A stretch of DNA of 64,000 bases, from assembly GCA_002269645.1 (NCBI GenBank), contig NIVC01002206.1, positions 62,001-126,000 on the forward strand. Reading direction: 5' to 3'. Position numbers and translations under genes: made by a program. Within the stretch, counting starts at the first letter, position 1, and each line of letters starts with the position of its first letter. Positions 45,654-56,200 of the stretch are shown here, one piece after another. The stretch comes from Macrostomum lignano. Lineage: Eukaryota. Below the pieces are notes generated by a model. It ran no database searches, was not told the origin of the DNA, and saw only the letters and a program-made list of their open reading frames with translations.

Positions 45654-47315
45654 ACAACAACAACAACAACAAAATACGCTGTCAGGATGGCAAAAGTCAG
45701 CGTCACAGGGCGCGCTTCATGGCTTGGGCGCGAACAAAGGCCGCACCACCGGCAGTGTCCGGGGCGCCGGCGTCAGCCACCAGACAGTCGACGTAACGCC
45801 GAGTTCGCGCTTGACCTCACCGGTAGGGTGCCTGCAGCGTGAGCAGCAGCACCTCCTGCACCGGCTGTGGGCAGTACGACTCGGCGCGGATGAGATGGCC
45901 TGCGAGCTGGAGTCGCCGACGGCGCAGTAGATCGCTTGGACGTGGCAGGCCAGCGCGGCGATAGAGTGCCGTGTTGTTGACTCGCTCGACGCCGATGTTG
46001 AAGGCGCAGGCCAGCGTGCGCCGCATCGACTTGCTGTTCGAGTGAGTCCGTCAGCGTCCAGGTCTCGGCGTTGTAGAGCCCTCTGGCGGTCCGGTAGGGC
46101 CTCGGACTGCAGGACTGCCCTCACAGAACGAAAGGCAGCCGAGGCAAGCCCGCGGCGGCGTCGCAGGTCCTCGCGAGCGTCTGGAACCAGACCGCCGAGG
46201 TAGACGAACTGCTGACATTGCGGGAGCTCGGTCGCCTGCCCGTCAGCGCCTCGGCAGAATATTGCAGCCTCGATGTCGTCCGGCACGCAGAGCACAACGG
46301 TCTTCTGCGTGTTGACCACCAGGCCGACGCTCGCCGCAACGGCAACTAGCCTGTCCAGCTGCCGTTGGGCGCCCTCGACGGTCGAGGACAGCAGGGCGAG
46401 GTCGTCGGCGTAGCCAAGCACGCTGAGCCGCTTCTCCGGTTGACGTCGACCCACGCGTCGCCGCAGCAGAAAGCCGTCGTCGTTGGTAGGAAGAGCTTAG
46501 CTGCAGGGCGTTCCTAAAACGCAGCGGGGAGGCGAGCGTCGCACATTCCGCTAGGTAGGAAGAGCAGTCCGCAGCACCCAGTCAAGCACCAGGACGAACA
46601 GGAACGGCGCCAGCGTATCTCCCTGAAGCACTCCGGAGGATGTCTCAAAGGACTCCGATAGACCGTCCGGTGTTGTCACAGCAGCTGTCGTATCACGGTA
46701 CATCGCCATGACGGCGGAGATCAGCTGCTCAGGCACGTTGTACGCGCGGAGCACCATTGGAAGCACGGCTCTGACAACCGAGTCGAATGCCTTCTTGAAA
46801 TCAATAAAGATTAGAATCAGGATCGACTGGCGAATCCGCGCCTCCTCGATGACTCGGCGAAGAGCCAGGATCTGCGCCACTGTGCAGCGATGGGGCCGGA
46901 ACCCGTTCTGCTCTGGGCGCAGGTACGGATCCAGCACGGGCTGCAACCGCGAAAGCAGCATCCGGTTGAACAGCTTCGCTGCACAGGACTGAAGGCAGAT
47001 GCCTCGATGGTCTTCAAGCCTAGTGGTGCCCGGCTTCTTTGGAACAGCGACGATGTGCGTCGTGGTCCATTCGTTGGGCGCCGCCTCACCGAAGAGCACG
47101 CGGTTCATCACTCTGGCGACCTCAGCGGCCACACAGGGGATGCGCAGCGCCTCGATGGGCACCTCGTCCGGACCCAGCGCTTTCCCGCCCGGTGACTGCT
47201 GGGCGAGCTTGACAACGTCGGCTGCGTTGACTGGGGCTACGCTGAAACTCTCCTCTGCCGGCAACGGCGTCTCCGGCGGCAGTGTCAGACTGTCTGGCAG
47301 CGGGGGTGGCGGCGC
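45654..47315 (-). mobile_element. 5'-truncated, inactivated non-LTR retrotransposon (RTE-type reverse transcriptase pseudogene)
   Basis: RT motifs KALGPD, HRGICL, EQNGFRP, FIDFKKAFDSV, GVLQGDTLAP and YADD, then FVYLG and LYNAETWT. It is disrupted by a 69-bp insertion, two small deletions with frameshift and an in-frame stop at 45817. It has a (TTG)n tail at 45673-45654 and a 9-bp direct repeat GACAGACAC at 45645-45653 and 47316-47324. No endonuclease domain remains. Confidence 0.92.
46485..46565. mobile_element. 57-bp insertion with a 12-bp target-site duplication inside the RT gene
   Basis: GGTAGGAAGAGC occurs at 46485-46496 and 46554-46565. Removing 69 bp restores LRTALPT-NDDGFLLRRRVGRR. 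Confidence 0.85.
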
Positions 47316-47537
47316 GACAGACACTCAGACCCACAAGACAGACGCTAAGACACACTAAGACAGACAGACACACTGAGACAGACACTCAGACACACTAAGA
47401 CAGACACTAAGACCCACAAGACAGACACTCAGACAAACAAGACAGACACTCAGAACCACAAGACAGACACTCAGACACACTAAGACAGACACTCAGACCC
47501 ACAAGACAGACACTCAGACACACTAAGACAGACACTA
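47316..47537. repeat. GACA-derived satellite (CACTAAGACAGA / CACTCAGACCCACAAGACAGA)
   Basis: The same motif also flanks the other end of the retroelement (45629-45653) and occurs at about 11165 and 59080-59310. Confidence 0.9.
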
Positions 47538-47829
47538 TAGAACACTTACTAAGAATGAATGCATAGTCCAGATTGATCCGCAAAAACTCATCCTGCTTCC
47601 AGTCCAGGTGCTACCTGAGTCCTGCAAGGTACATATAATGCTCGTAAAACATGATAAAAAACTGTAATTAAAACACCGAATCAGCGAGCATTTTCCAGTC
47701 GACATAACATTTAGAAGCAATAATCTTGTTTTCAGGCATTATGGAAACAAAAGATATAGTTGTAGACCAACCAAGAAAGCAGTTTAACATTTCAGTCCCT
47801 ATCCGTTAATGTCTTGCCAGTAAGTGTGT

Positions 47830-48512
47830 CAGCCAGTGTCTGTGTCAGCTATTGTCTATGTCAGTGAGTGTTTGTGTCAGTATCTGTGTCAGCTAGTGCA
47901 TATGTCAGTGAGTGTTTGTGTCAGTATCTGTGTCAGCTAGTGCATATGTCAGTGAGTGTTTGTGTCAGTATCTATGTCAGCTAGTGCATATGTCAGTGAG
48001 TGTTTGTGTCAGTATCTATGTCAGCTAGTGCATATGTCAGTGAGTGTTTGTGTCAGTATCTATGTCAGCTAGTGCATATGTCAGTGAGTGTTTGTGTCAG
48101 TATCTGTGTCAGCTAGTGCATATGTCAGTGAGTGTTTGTGTCAGTATCTATGTCAGCTAGTGCATATGTCAGTGAGTGTTTGTGTCAGTATCTGTGTCAG
48201 CTAGTGCATATGTCAGTGACTGTTTGTGTCAGTATCTGTGTCAGCTAGTGCATATGTCAGTGAGTGTTTGTGTCAGTATCTGTGTCAGCTAGTGCATATG
48301 TCAGTGAGTGTTTGTGTCAGTATCTGTGTCAGCTAGTGCATATGTCAGTGAGTGTTTGTGTCAGTATCTGTGTCAGCTAGTGCATATGTCAGTGAGTGTT
48401 TGTGTCAGTATCTATGTCAGCTAGTGCATATGTCAGTGAGTGTTTGTGTCAGTATCTATGTCAGCTAGTGCATATGTCAGTGAGTGTTTGTGTCAGTATC
48501 TGTGTCAGCTAG
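47830..48512. repeat. 44-bp tandem repeat (GTCAGTGAGTGTTTGTGTCAGTATCTGTGTCAGCTAGTGCATAT)n
   Basis: Period 44. The array ends about 80 bp upstream of the GPCR ATG. Confidence 0.97.
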
Positions 48513-48590
48513 TGGCAGTAATAACAGTGCATTTCATCTTAACTGCCATAATGCCTGCTCCTAACACCCCAGCAACCGAAGTAAATCACC

Positions 48591-50315
48591 ATGACAACCA
48601 ATCTCAGCGTCAATGGCAGCAATGCGTCGGTATCCATGGAGGACGTCCAGCAAAAGTACATGGGCACGTTGACCTATCCAATTTTGCAAGCGTTCCTCGC
48701 CTACAGTATGCCAATTGTGGTCCTACTAGGCCTCTTTGGTGAGTGAAAATTGCAACATAATTTGCTTTCCACCTACTATCAGTAGCGTTCGTTAACTTGT
48801 TTTTTTTTCACACTATTGCTACTAAAGTCTATAATGTTTCGTCATCGACGCTAGATAAAAAAGTTAGTGCAAATCCTTTTTGTAAAAAAAAAGTAATTTT
48901 GATTTCGTAAAGTAATTTGATGCCTGACGATTAGACAGTCAGGGCCGCTGTACACTCTGTGTGAGCGTGTGCATGAGTGCCGTGCCTGAGTACAGTACTG
49001 GCGCGCTTGTGTGTGCTCAGGAGTCAGCCGGATGGGCAGAATTGCCTCAGCGGATGATGTCGCCGAAGGCGTTTCGCCAGGTTGTTTACAACCTAAAGTA
49101 AATTGAAGTTACTTTCTATGAATTTGCAAATAAATTGTCCCACCGGACATTTTCCCGACTAATTTTCTCTTAGGCAACTTCGTAGCATTCGTGTTGCTCA
49201 AAAACTCGGCACTGCGCAGCACTGCTCATTTCTACCTGTGCGCCCTGACCGTGTGCGACTCACTCACCCTGCTCAGCATGCTCAGCTCCATCTGGGTCGG
49301 AGCAGTGCTCAAGGGTCATTTGTATCAGATGGGCTGGCAGGTCGACTGGCTGCAGGCCGGAACCCGCCAGATCAGCCTGTGCCGCGCCCGCCTCTACGCC
49401 ACCTTCGTCTGTCGGACTGTCAGCACCTGGACGGTGGCCGTGTTCTCCTGGGAGCGCTGCCTGGCCGTCTGGCGCCCAATGCGCTTCGAAGGCGCCGCGG
49501 TAGGCTGGCGCTCCGGCCTGGTGCTACTCGGCCTGGTGGCCACTGCAGCGGCCGTCAACTCTTACGTCATCCCGGGTCTCCAGCCCAACGACGCCGGCCT
49601 CTGCCGAGCCAACCGGCTGTTCCGCATTGGCCGCAACGTCTCCTTGCTGATGCAGTCGCTGGCGCCCTGGCTTCTGGTGCTCGTCAGCAACTGCCTCATC
49701 GTCTGCACTCTGCGCAGAGGGCGGGCGGCCGCCTCGGCTGCCACCGCTGCCGACGCCGCAGTCACCACTACCGCCACCGCGGCTTCTCCGGGCAGCAGCG
49801 AGGAGGCTGTGCTGATGCGCACTCTCCAGCCACATCGTCAACGGCACCGCAGGCACCAGCGTGGCGTCACCTACCGTCTGGTAGCCGTCTCCTTCGCTTT
49901 CTTGGTGAACACCTCGCTGCTGACCGTGTGCACCGTGTGGACGACAGTCGCTGAGCTGATTGAGCCTGACAGCCAAACGGAGCGGAATCTCCTTCGCGAC
50001 ACCTTCTGGCTGATCAGCTTTCTGCCGTTTACAGCGAATTTCGCGTCTACCTGCCCGCTCTACTGCTTGGCTGGGCGGAAGTTCCGGCGCGCGGCCCGGC
50101 TGCTGGTCACCTGCCGGCTGCAGCAGATGCGCCTCGCCCGCCAACTGCTGGATCCAAGCCGGCCGACGTCCGGCCTGCGGGCCACCGCGGTGACCAACGC
50201 GAGAGCAAGACCGCGTTCAGATTCGAGCCAGACCGCGGCAGAAAGTCTGAGGCATCAGCAGCAGCAGACAGCGTCACAGTCGAGAGGGTACGGTCAATTG
50301 ACGATGCATTCTTAA
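48591..50315 (+). CDS. Class A (rhodopsin-like) GPCR, peptide-receptor type, 429 aa, 2 exons: 48591-48738 and 49174-50315
   Basis: Exon 1 is MTTNLSVNGSNAS...MPIVVLLGLFG, with three N-glycosylation sequons. A phase-1 GT-AG intron joins G|NFVAF (TM1 GN). Further motifs are TM2 LCALTVCD, Cys at the TM3 start, FSWERCLAVWRP (E/DRY equivalent), TM5 LAPW and TM7-helix 8 PLYCLAGRKFR. Confidence 0.92.
48921..49093 (+). mobile_element. 5'-truncated SINE (family A, copy 2) in the GPCR intron, with a 13-bp TSD
   Basis: Body TAGACAGTCAGGGCCGCTGTACACTCTGTGTGAGCG...ATGGGCAGAATTGCC...ATGTCGCCGAAGGCG. Flanked by TAAAGTAATTTGA (48908-48920) and TAAAGTAAATTGA (49094-49106). Confidence 0.8.
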
Positions 50316-50384
50316 CGAATCCTCTTTCGAAAACTTGGGATGGTCTTAAACCTATCCATCCGGAAAGTCTGTGGCCTTTGGAGC

Positions 50385-51705
50385 GGATTGTCATCAGGAC
50401 AGTCTATGGTTTAGGGGGATTGTCATCAGGACAGTCTATGGTCTGGGGGGATTGTCATCAGGACAGTCTATGGTCTGGGGGATTGTCATCAGGACAGTCT
50501 ATGGTCTGGGGGATTGTCATCAGGACAGTCTATGGTCTGGGGGATTGTCATCAGGACACAGTCTATGGTCTGGGGGGATTGTCATCAGGACAGTCTATGG
50601 TCTGACGGGATTGTCATTGGGACACAGTCTATGGTCTGGGGGATTGTCATCAGGACAGTCTATGGTCTGGGGGATTGTCATCAGTACAGTCTATGGTCTG
50701 ACGTGATTGTCATCAGGACAGTCTATGGTCTGGGCGGATTGTCATCAGGACAGTATGGTCTGGGCGGATTGTCATCAGGACAGTCTATGGTCTGGGCGGA
50801 TTGTCATCAGGACAGTCTATGGTCTGGGGGGATTGTCATCAGGACAGTCTATGGTCTGGGGGGATTGTCATCAGGACAGTCTATGGTCTGACGTGACTGT
50901 CATCAGGACAGTCTATGGTCTGGGCGGATTGTCATCAGGACAGTCTATGGTCTGGGCGGATTGTCATCAGGACAGTATGGTCTGGGCGGATTGTCATCAG
51001 GACAGTCTATGGTCTGACGTGATTGTCATCAGGACAGTCTATGGTCTGACGTGATTGTCATCAGGACAGTCTATGGTCTGACGTGATTGTCATCAGGACA
51101 GTCTATGGTCTGGGCGGATTGTCATCAGGACAGTCTATGGTCTGACCGGATTGTCATCAAAACAGTCTATGGTCTGACGGGATTGTCATCAGGACAGTCT
51201 ATGGTCTGGGGGGATTGTCATCAGGACAGTATGGTGTGGGCGGATTGTCATCAGGACAGTCTATGGTCTGGGGGGATTGTCATCAGGACAGTCTATGGTC
51301 TGGGGGGATTGTCATCAGGACAGTCTATGGTCTGGGCGGGGATTGTCATCAGGACAGTCTATGGTCTGGGGGGATTGTCATCAGGACAGTATGGTGTGGG
51401 CGGATATGGTGTGGGCGGATTGTCATCAGGACAGTATATGGTCTGGGGGGATTGTCATCAGGACAGTCTATGGTCTGAGGGGATTGTCATCAGGACAGTC
51501 TATGGTCTGAGGGGATTGTCATCAGGACAGTCTATGGTCTGGGGGGATTGTCATCAGGACAGTCTATGGTCTGAGGGGATTGTCATCAGGACAGTCTATG
51601 GTCTGGGCGGGGATTGTCATCAGGACAGTCTATGGTCTGGGCGGGGATTGTCATCAGGACAGTCTATGGTCTGGGCGGGGATTGTCATCAGGACAGCTAG
51701 TCTAT
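50385..51705. repeat. 31-33-bp minisatellite (GATTGTCATCAGGACAGTCTATGGTCTGGGG)n
   Basis: Direct inspection. The array starts about 70 bp after the GPCR stop codon. Confidence 0.98.
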
Positions 51706-53247
51706 GGTGATGGTTAGAGCCGCTGCAGAATCAATATCAGAACTTGGCTACTGCATTTAAATTCTTAACTTAATTCTTAGACTTTCATCTTAAACAGCCA
51801 CCAACCAACCGCTCCGACAGATCCTTATCTGGCAGCATGTATTCCGGCTGTCAACAACGACAGAAACAGCTGTTGTCAAGTCGTTCAAAAAGTGCAGCAA
51901 CAGCGGACGAGCTCGAATTTTTGAGTCCGAAACAGCAAGCAGCTTAACAAGAGCACATGGATGCAACAGTATGAATTTAGGCAAATTTTCATTTTAATTA
52001 ATTTCAAAATAAATAAGATACAAAGGCAATTACTGTTTGCTTTGACAAGATCAAGTTTGATGCAGTTTCTTCTCTTATTTTCCGAAGAGAAAATAAAATA
52101 GAAAATGGAAAACCAATGTTTTATGCTGTTTATATTACTATTATTAAGTAGGCGTGCTAGCAAAATAATTTAAATTTATCTATAAAGCAACAGGGGAAAT
52201 ACCTATTAGATTTTCTTGTCTGAATTTTCATATGGGACAGAGAGGGACACGGGGAACAGTAGGCAAAAGGCGAAAATTTCGACTGCAACCTGCACTCGTA
52301 GATTTGATTTAAAAATAAGCTGGAGACCAAAATTTCCAGCATGTGCTGGATTATATTACTTAATTAGTAGAAAAAAGCGGACATGAACGGTATAAATTAT
52401 TTTGTTTCCGAAATATGGATTGGGTTTTATTGGCTTGTTTTGGCAAATGGCAGCACTACTTCTTGATCGTATATACACTACTACTGAAGTAGTTCAGCAG
52501 AACATGATTAACTGACAAGAACAAATTCTAACACACAATTAGCATCCCTATGAAAATAGTACTGCTTTGTAACCTGACAATTTTGGGGTGAGAGAAAGAG
52601 GAACAAGCATATTAACTGTCTAACACGATGTAATTATCTCAAGGCACAATTAAAACGTCAGTTTTTTCCAAAGGATGTTAGGCTAAAATATGTATATGTA
52701 TGCATGTGTATATTGTTTTTGATCATTTAAAATAGACACGCATTCAAACGGCGTATTATCAGCATGCAAATTTATGCGGGGCATGGAAACACAAGGGTAA
52801 CAGGGGAGGCAGTTTATGTATATATATATATATATTAGGCAACAATTTTTATTCAACATTGTATAATGAACCGCTCCGCAGCTCACGAACTCGAGTGTGC
52901 ATTAGTATGATTATATTCTCGAGTGCAGAAAAACAAGTAAGACCTGATTGATTAAATTAATTTTATTGATAAATTAGCTTAACAAAGCAGAGTTTAGGAA
53001 AAAAATAGGGGATGTATGTTTAGTGAAGCACCCAGACTTATGGCTTGAAAAAGAGTGACTTTCCTGGGGGCCAACAACAATCGTAATTGCTTGTGAATCA
53101 ACTAATTTATTTATAGTTATTTTGATAATAGAGTATTAAGTTAGGCCTCGCTCCAGAGCAGGAAAGTGCACTTCCAACTGTAATCTATGTATGCTTAAAA
53201 CAAGATGGCGCGGGCTATCAGTTAAAAAAAGTACATTGTGCTCGGGT

Positions 53248-56200
53248 TCAAAACGTCTGCGACGAATTGCCTGGGCTGGTCGACTCTCCGACCCGCCGCT
53301 GCGGCTCGGCCTCGTCCGCCTCGTCTCTGTCGGCCATGACCTGGTCCTCCTGACAGGCGGCAGCAATAGCGGCGGCCCGCTCGGTGCCAACTAGGCCGGC
53401 CGCCATCTGCAGAGTGGCCTGGGCCGACGTTGTCCGCTGGAATCCGCGGCCGCTAAGCGCCGTCTCGTTGCTAGTAGATTTGGCTGTGGGAGCCGCCGCA
53501 GCGTCCAGCTTGCCCTGCAGTCCGGCCACCGCTTCCGCCCACCTGTTGTAATAATAATAATAAACTTTTACAACAATAATAATAGGCGATTCTGCCCATT
53601 GCACTGCTCACACAGGGTGTACAGTTGACCCTCATGGCCCCAAATGAATGTGGCCGCGCTCGGAATCGAACCAGGGTCCTACGAGTCTACCGTTAAGCCC
53701 TCAGCCCACCTGTCCGGACAGTCTAGCATCCGTTCTCGGACGTCCGGACACTGAGAGCTGGCCTCTACTAGCAGTTTAACGCAGCGATAGGCCCGTCTGG
53801 GGTCGAGCTGAGCGCCGGAGCTGATCAAGCCGAGCAGGCCGCCGTCGGACACGACGGTGTCGTCGACATTTTCAACGCCGTAGAGCAGCAGACGGAGCCG
53901 GTCGGACTGCAGCTGGTCGCGAATCAGGAACAGCTCCTTCATCAGGTCTAGCAGCGGTCTCAGCTCGTTAACAGCCGTGTGAGCCAGCTGGGCTAGCAGT
54001 GCGGTAGTCATATTGCGCGAGGCTATTATATTAGCATTGCAGGCGTGCCGCAGCAGGCCGCTCATCGCTGGCAGGAGGCCGGCAGAATCGGCGCACACGG
54101 CGGCGCACAGCTGGCCAAGTAGGGCGGCGCTCCGATCCGAGTCGCTTAGCAACCAGCGTTCCATACTAGGCGACAGGCGTAGCAAAGTCTGCTGCTGTTG
54201 CTGCTGGGCGAAACTGCAATAAGTTGGCAGGGCGCACAGCAGGCGATACAGCGGAGCCAATTCTCGATAGCTGGGCGCGCTCAACGGCTTGAGACTGTCC
54301 GGCTGTTCTGGAAACAGAAACTCGGCCAGACGGCCGAATGCATCCCGGCTGTACAGCACTGAGCAGGCGCGCAGTCGGTGCTCGTCAACGAAGCCGCAGA
54401 GCAGTTGAAAGAAGGCGCCGCACTGGCCCAGATGGCTGGCCGCGGTGCCCAACTGATGGAGCAGGTGATCCACGAACTGCTGCAGCTGAGGAGCGCCGAT
54501 TTGATTGGCGCGAACTTGAAGGTCAAGCGACTCGCCTGCGGAGCGGAGGGAGGTTTAGGGGCGGTTTTTAGGTTTTAGGGGTAATTTTTGAGGTTTTAGG
54601 GGCGATTTTAGTAAGGTTTAGGGGCGATCTGTAGTTACATCTATAGGCGATTTTTAGTGAGGCTTAGGGGCGATTGTTAGTTACATCTATAGGCGATTTT
54701 TAGTGAGGCTTTAGGGCGATCGTTAGTTACATCTATAGGCGATTGTTAGTGAGGTTTAAGGGCGATTTTTAGTGAGGTTTGGAGCGATTTTTAGTGGGCG
54801 CTTATGGGTGATGTTTAGTGAGGCTTAGGGGCGATATTTAGTGAAGTTTAAGGACGATTTTTAGTGATATTTTAGGGGCGACTCTGAGGATGATATTGGG
54901 CTATTCAAAGGGCATGTTAGGAGCAATTGTAAATCAGTTCAATAACAGTCTGTCCCACCTAGAAGCCTGGCTACAGTTTTCCTCTGCTCAGGCATCGGGC
55001 ACACGATGAGATGCTCAGCCAGGTGTCCGGCCTGGCAAAAGAAATCCAAGAAAGCGGCATTAGCCTGGGCCGGGCTGGCAGTGAGCAGGCGCATCAACAG
55101 CCGGTCCCAGGCGGCGTTCAGTTGCGGTGGCTGGCGCAAGCGCTTCTCGGTGCGCAGGAACACCTCGAATAGGAACATCATCAGCAGGCCGGCGGCTTGC
55201 TCGGCCAGCTCCGAGTTCGACGAAGACGCCGCCGCGGCAGCCAAGGGAGCCGACGTGGCCGGCGACGCTGACAGAGTGAAAACTCCGGCTCCGCCCGACG
55301 CCGAAGCGGACGGAGACGAGGCGGCAACGGCAGCTGAAGCAACAGACGATGAGGCGGCCGATTGAACCTGCTGCTGCTCTGAGCTGGGCGGAGCTGCTCG
55401 ATCCAGCACGGACTCGCACAGCCGGTGGATGAAGGTAAAATGAGCCTCATTAAGCAGGTCAGTCTGCCGATAGAAGGTGAGATTGGACTCTCTCACTGCG
55501 GCGGCAATGTGCGCCGGCATAGCGTCTGAGAACAGGCCGCGCTGTTCGCCTCGCTGCACCAGGGCGCTCAACTCGGCGATGCTGTCCCGCTGATGACGAA
55601 AGCTGCTGCCGCCGCCGCTGCGCCTGTTCATCGGCGTCTTCTGCTGCTGCTTCGGCATTGGCGGCGGCGGCGGCGGCGACGCCGGATCTTCTAGTAGAAG
55701 CGACTGAGTGCCACCGCTGGACTGCTGTTGAGACGACTGCGACGGGCTGTCCCGTTCGTAAAACAGCATATAGGCGCTCCAGTACCGCTTGCGCTCCTCC
55801 GGCAGAAAGTTCTCCGTGCTCTGGAAGGTGCCGCCGAAGGCTTCGGATTCCAGCAGCTGGTCGGTGAGGTCGATCTGCTCAATGGTCTGGTCGTTCATCT
55901 TGAACCAGGCGTCCGGCTTGTCTGCAGGCGGGATTGAAACGAAATGGATTATCTAGGGGAATTAATTACTTATAGGTTTATCACTAAACATCAGTAATCC
56001 TCATGAGTGAACGATTTAGACATCCATAATGGAAACTACTTATCAATAATCTAAATAAATCAGTTACTGATGATAATCAGACGGATTATTAACTACTCCG
56101 ACAATACAGATGGATTACCTACTCATCAATAATGCAGATGGATTAAATACTTAACGATAATCCAAATGGATTACCTACTAATCGATAATCTAGATGGATT

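Noticed and set aside
45654-45720. The RTE element as the partner LINE of SINE family A
   Set aside because: Its 3' UTR and (TTG)n tail show no similarity to the SINE 3' ends.
49238-50394. Overlapping alternative-frame and antisense ORFs on the GPCR (likewise over USP24, the Sox-like gene and the RT)
   Set aside because: These are shadow ORFs expected from GC3-rich coding sequence.
53679-53709. USP24 ending at ...WAEGLTVDS* as in the ORF track
   Set aside because: This is read-through into the intron. The downstream exon continues USP24-like sequence (SNET...[11 protein letters not shown]) in the correct phase.
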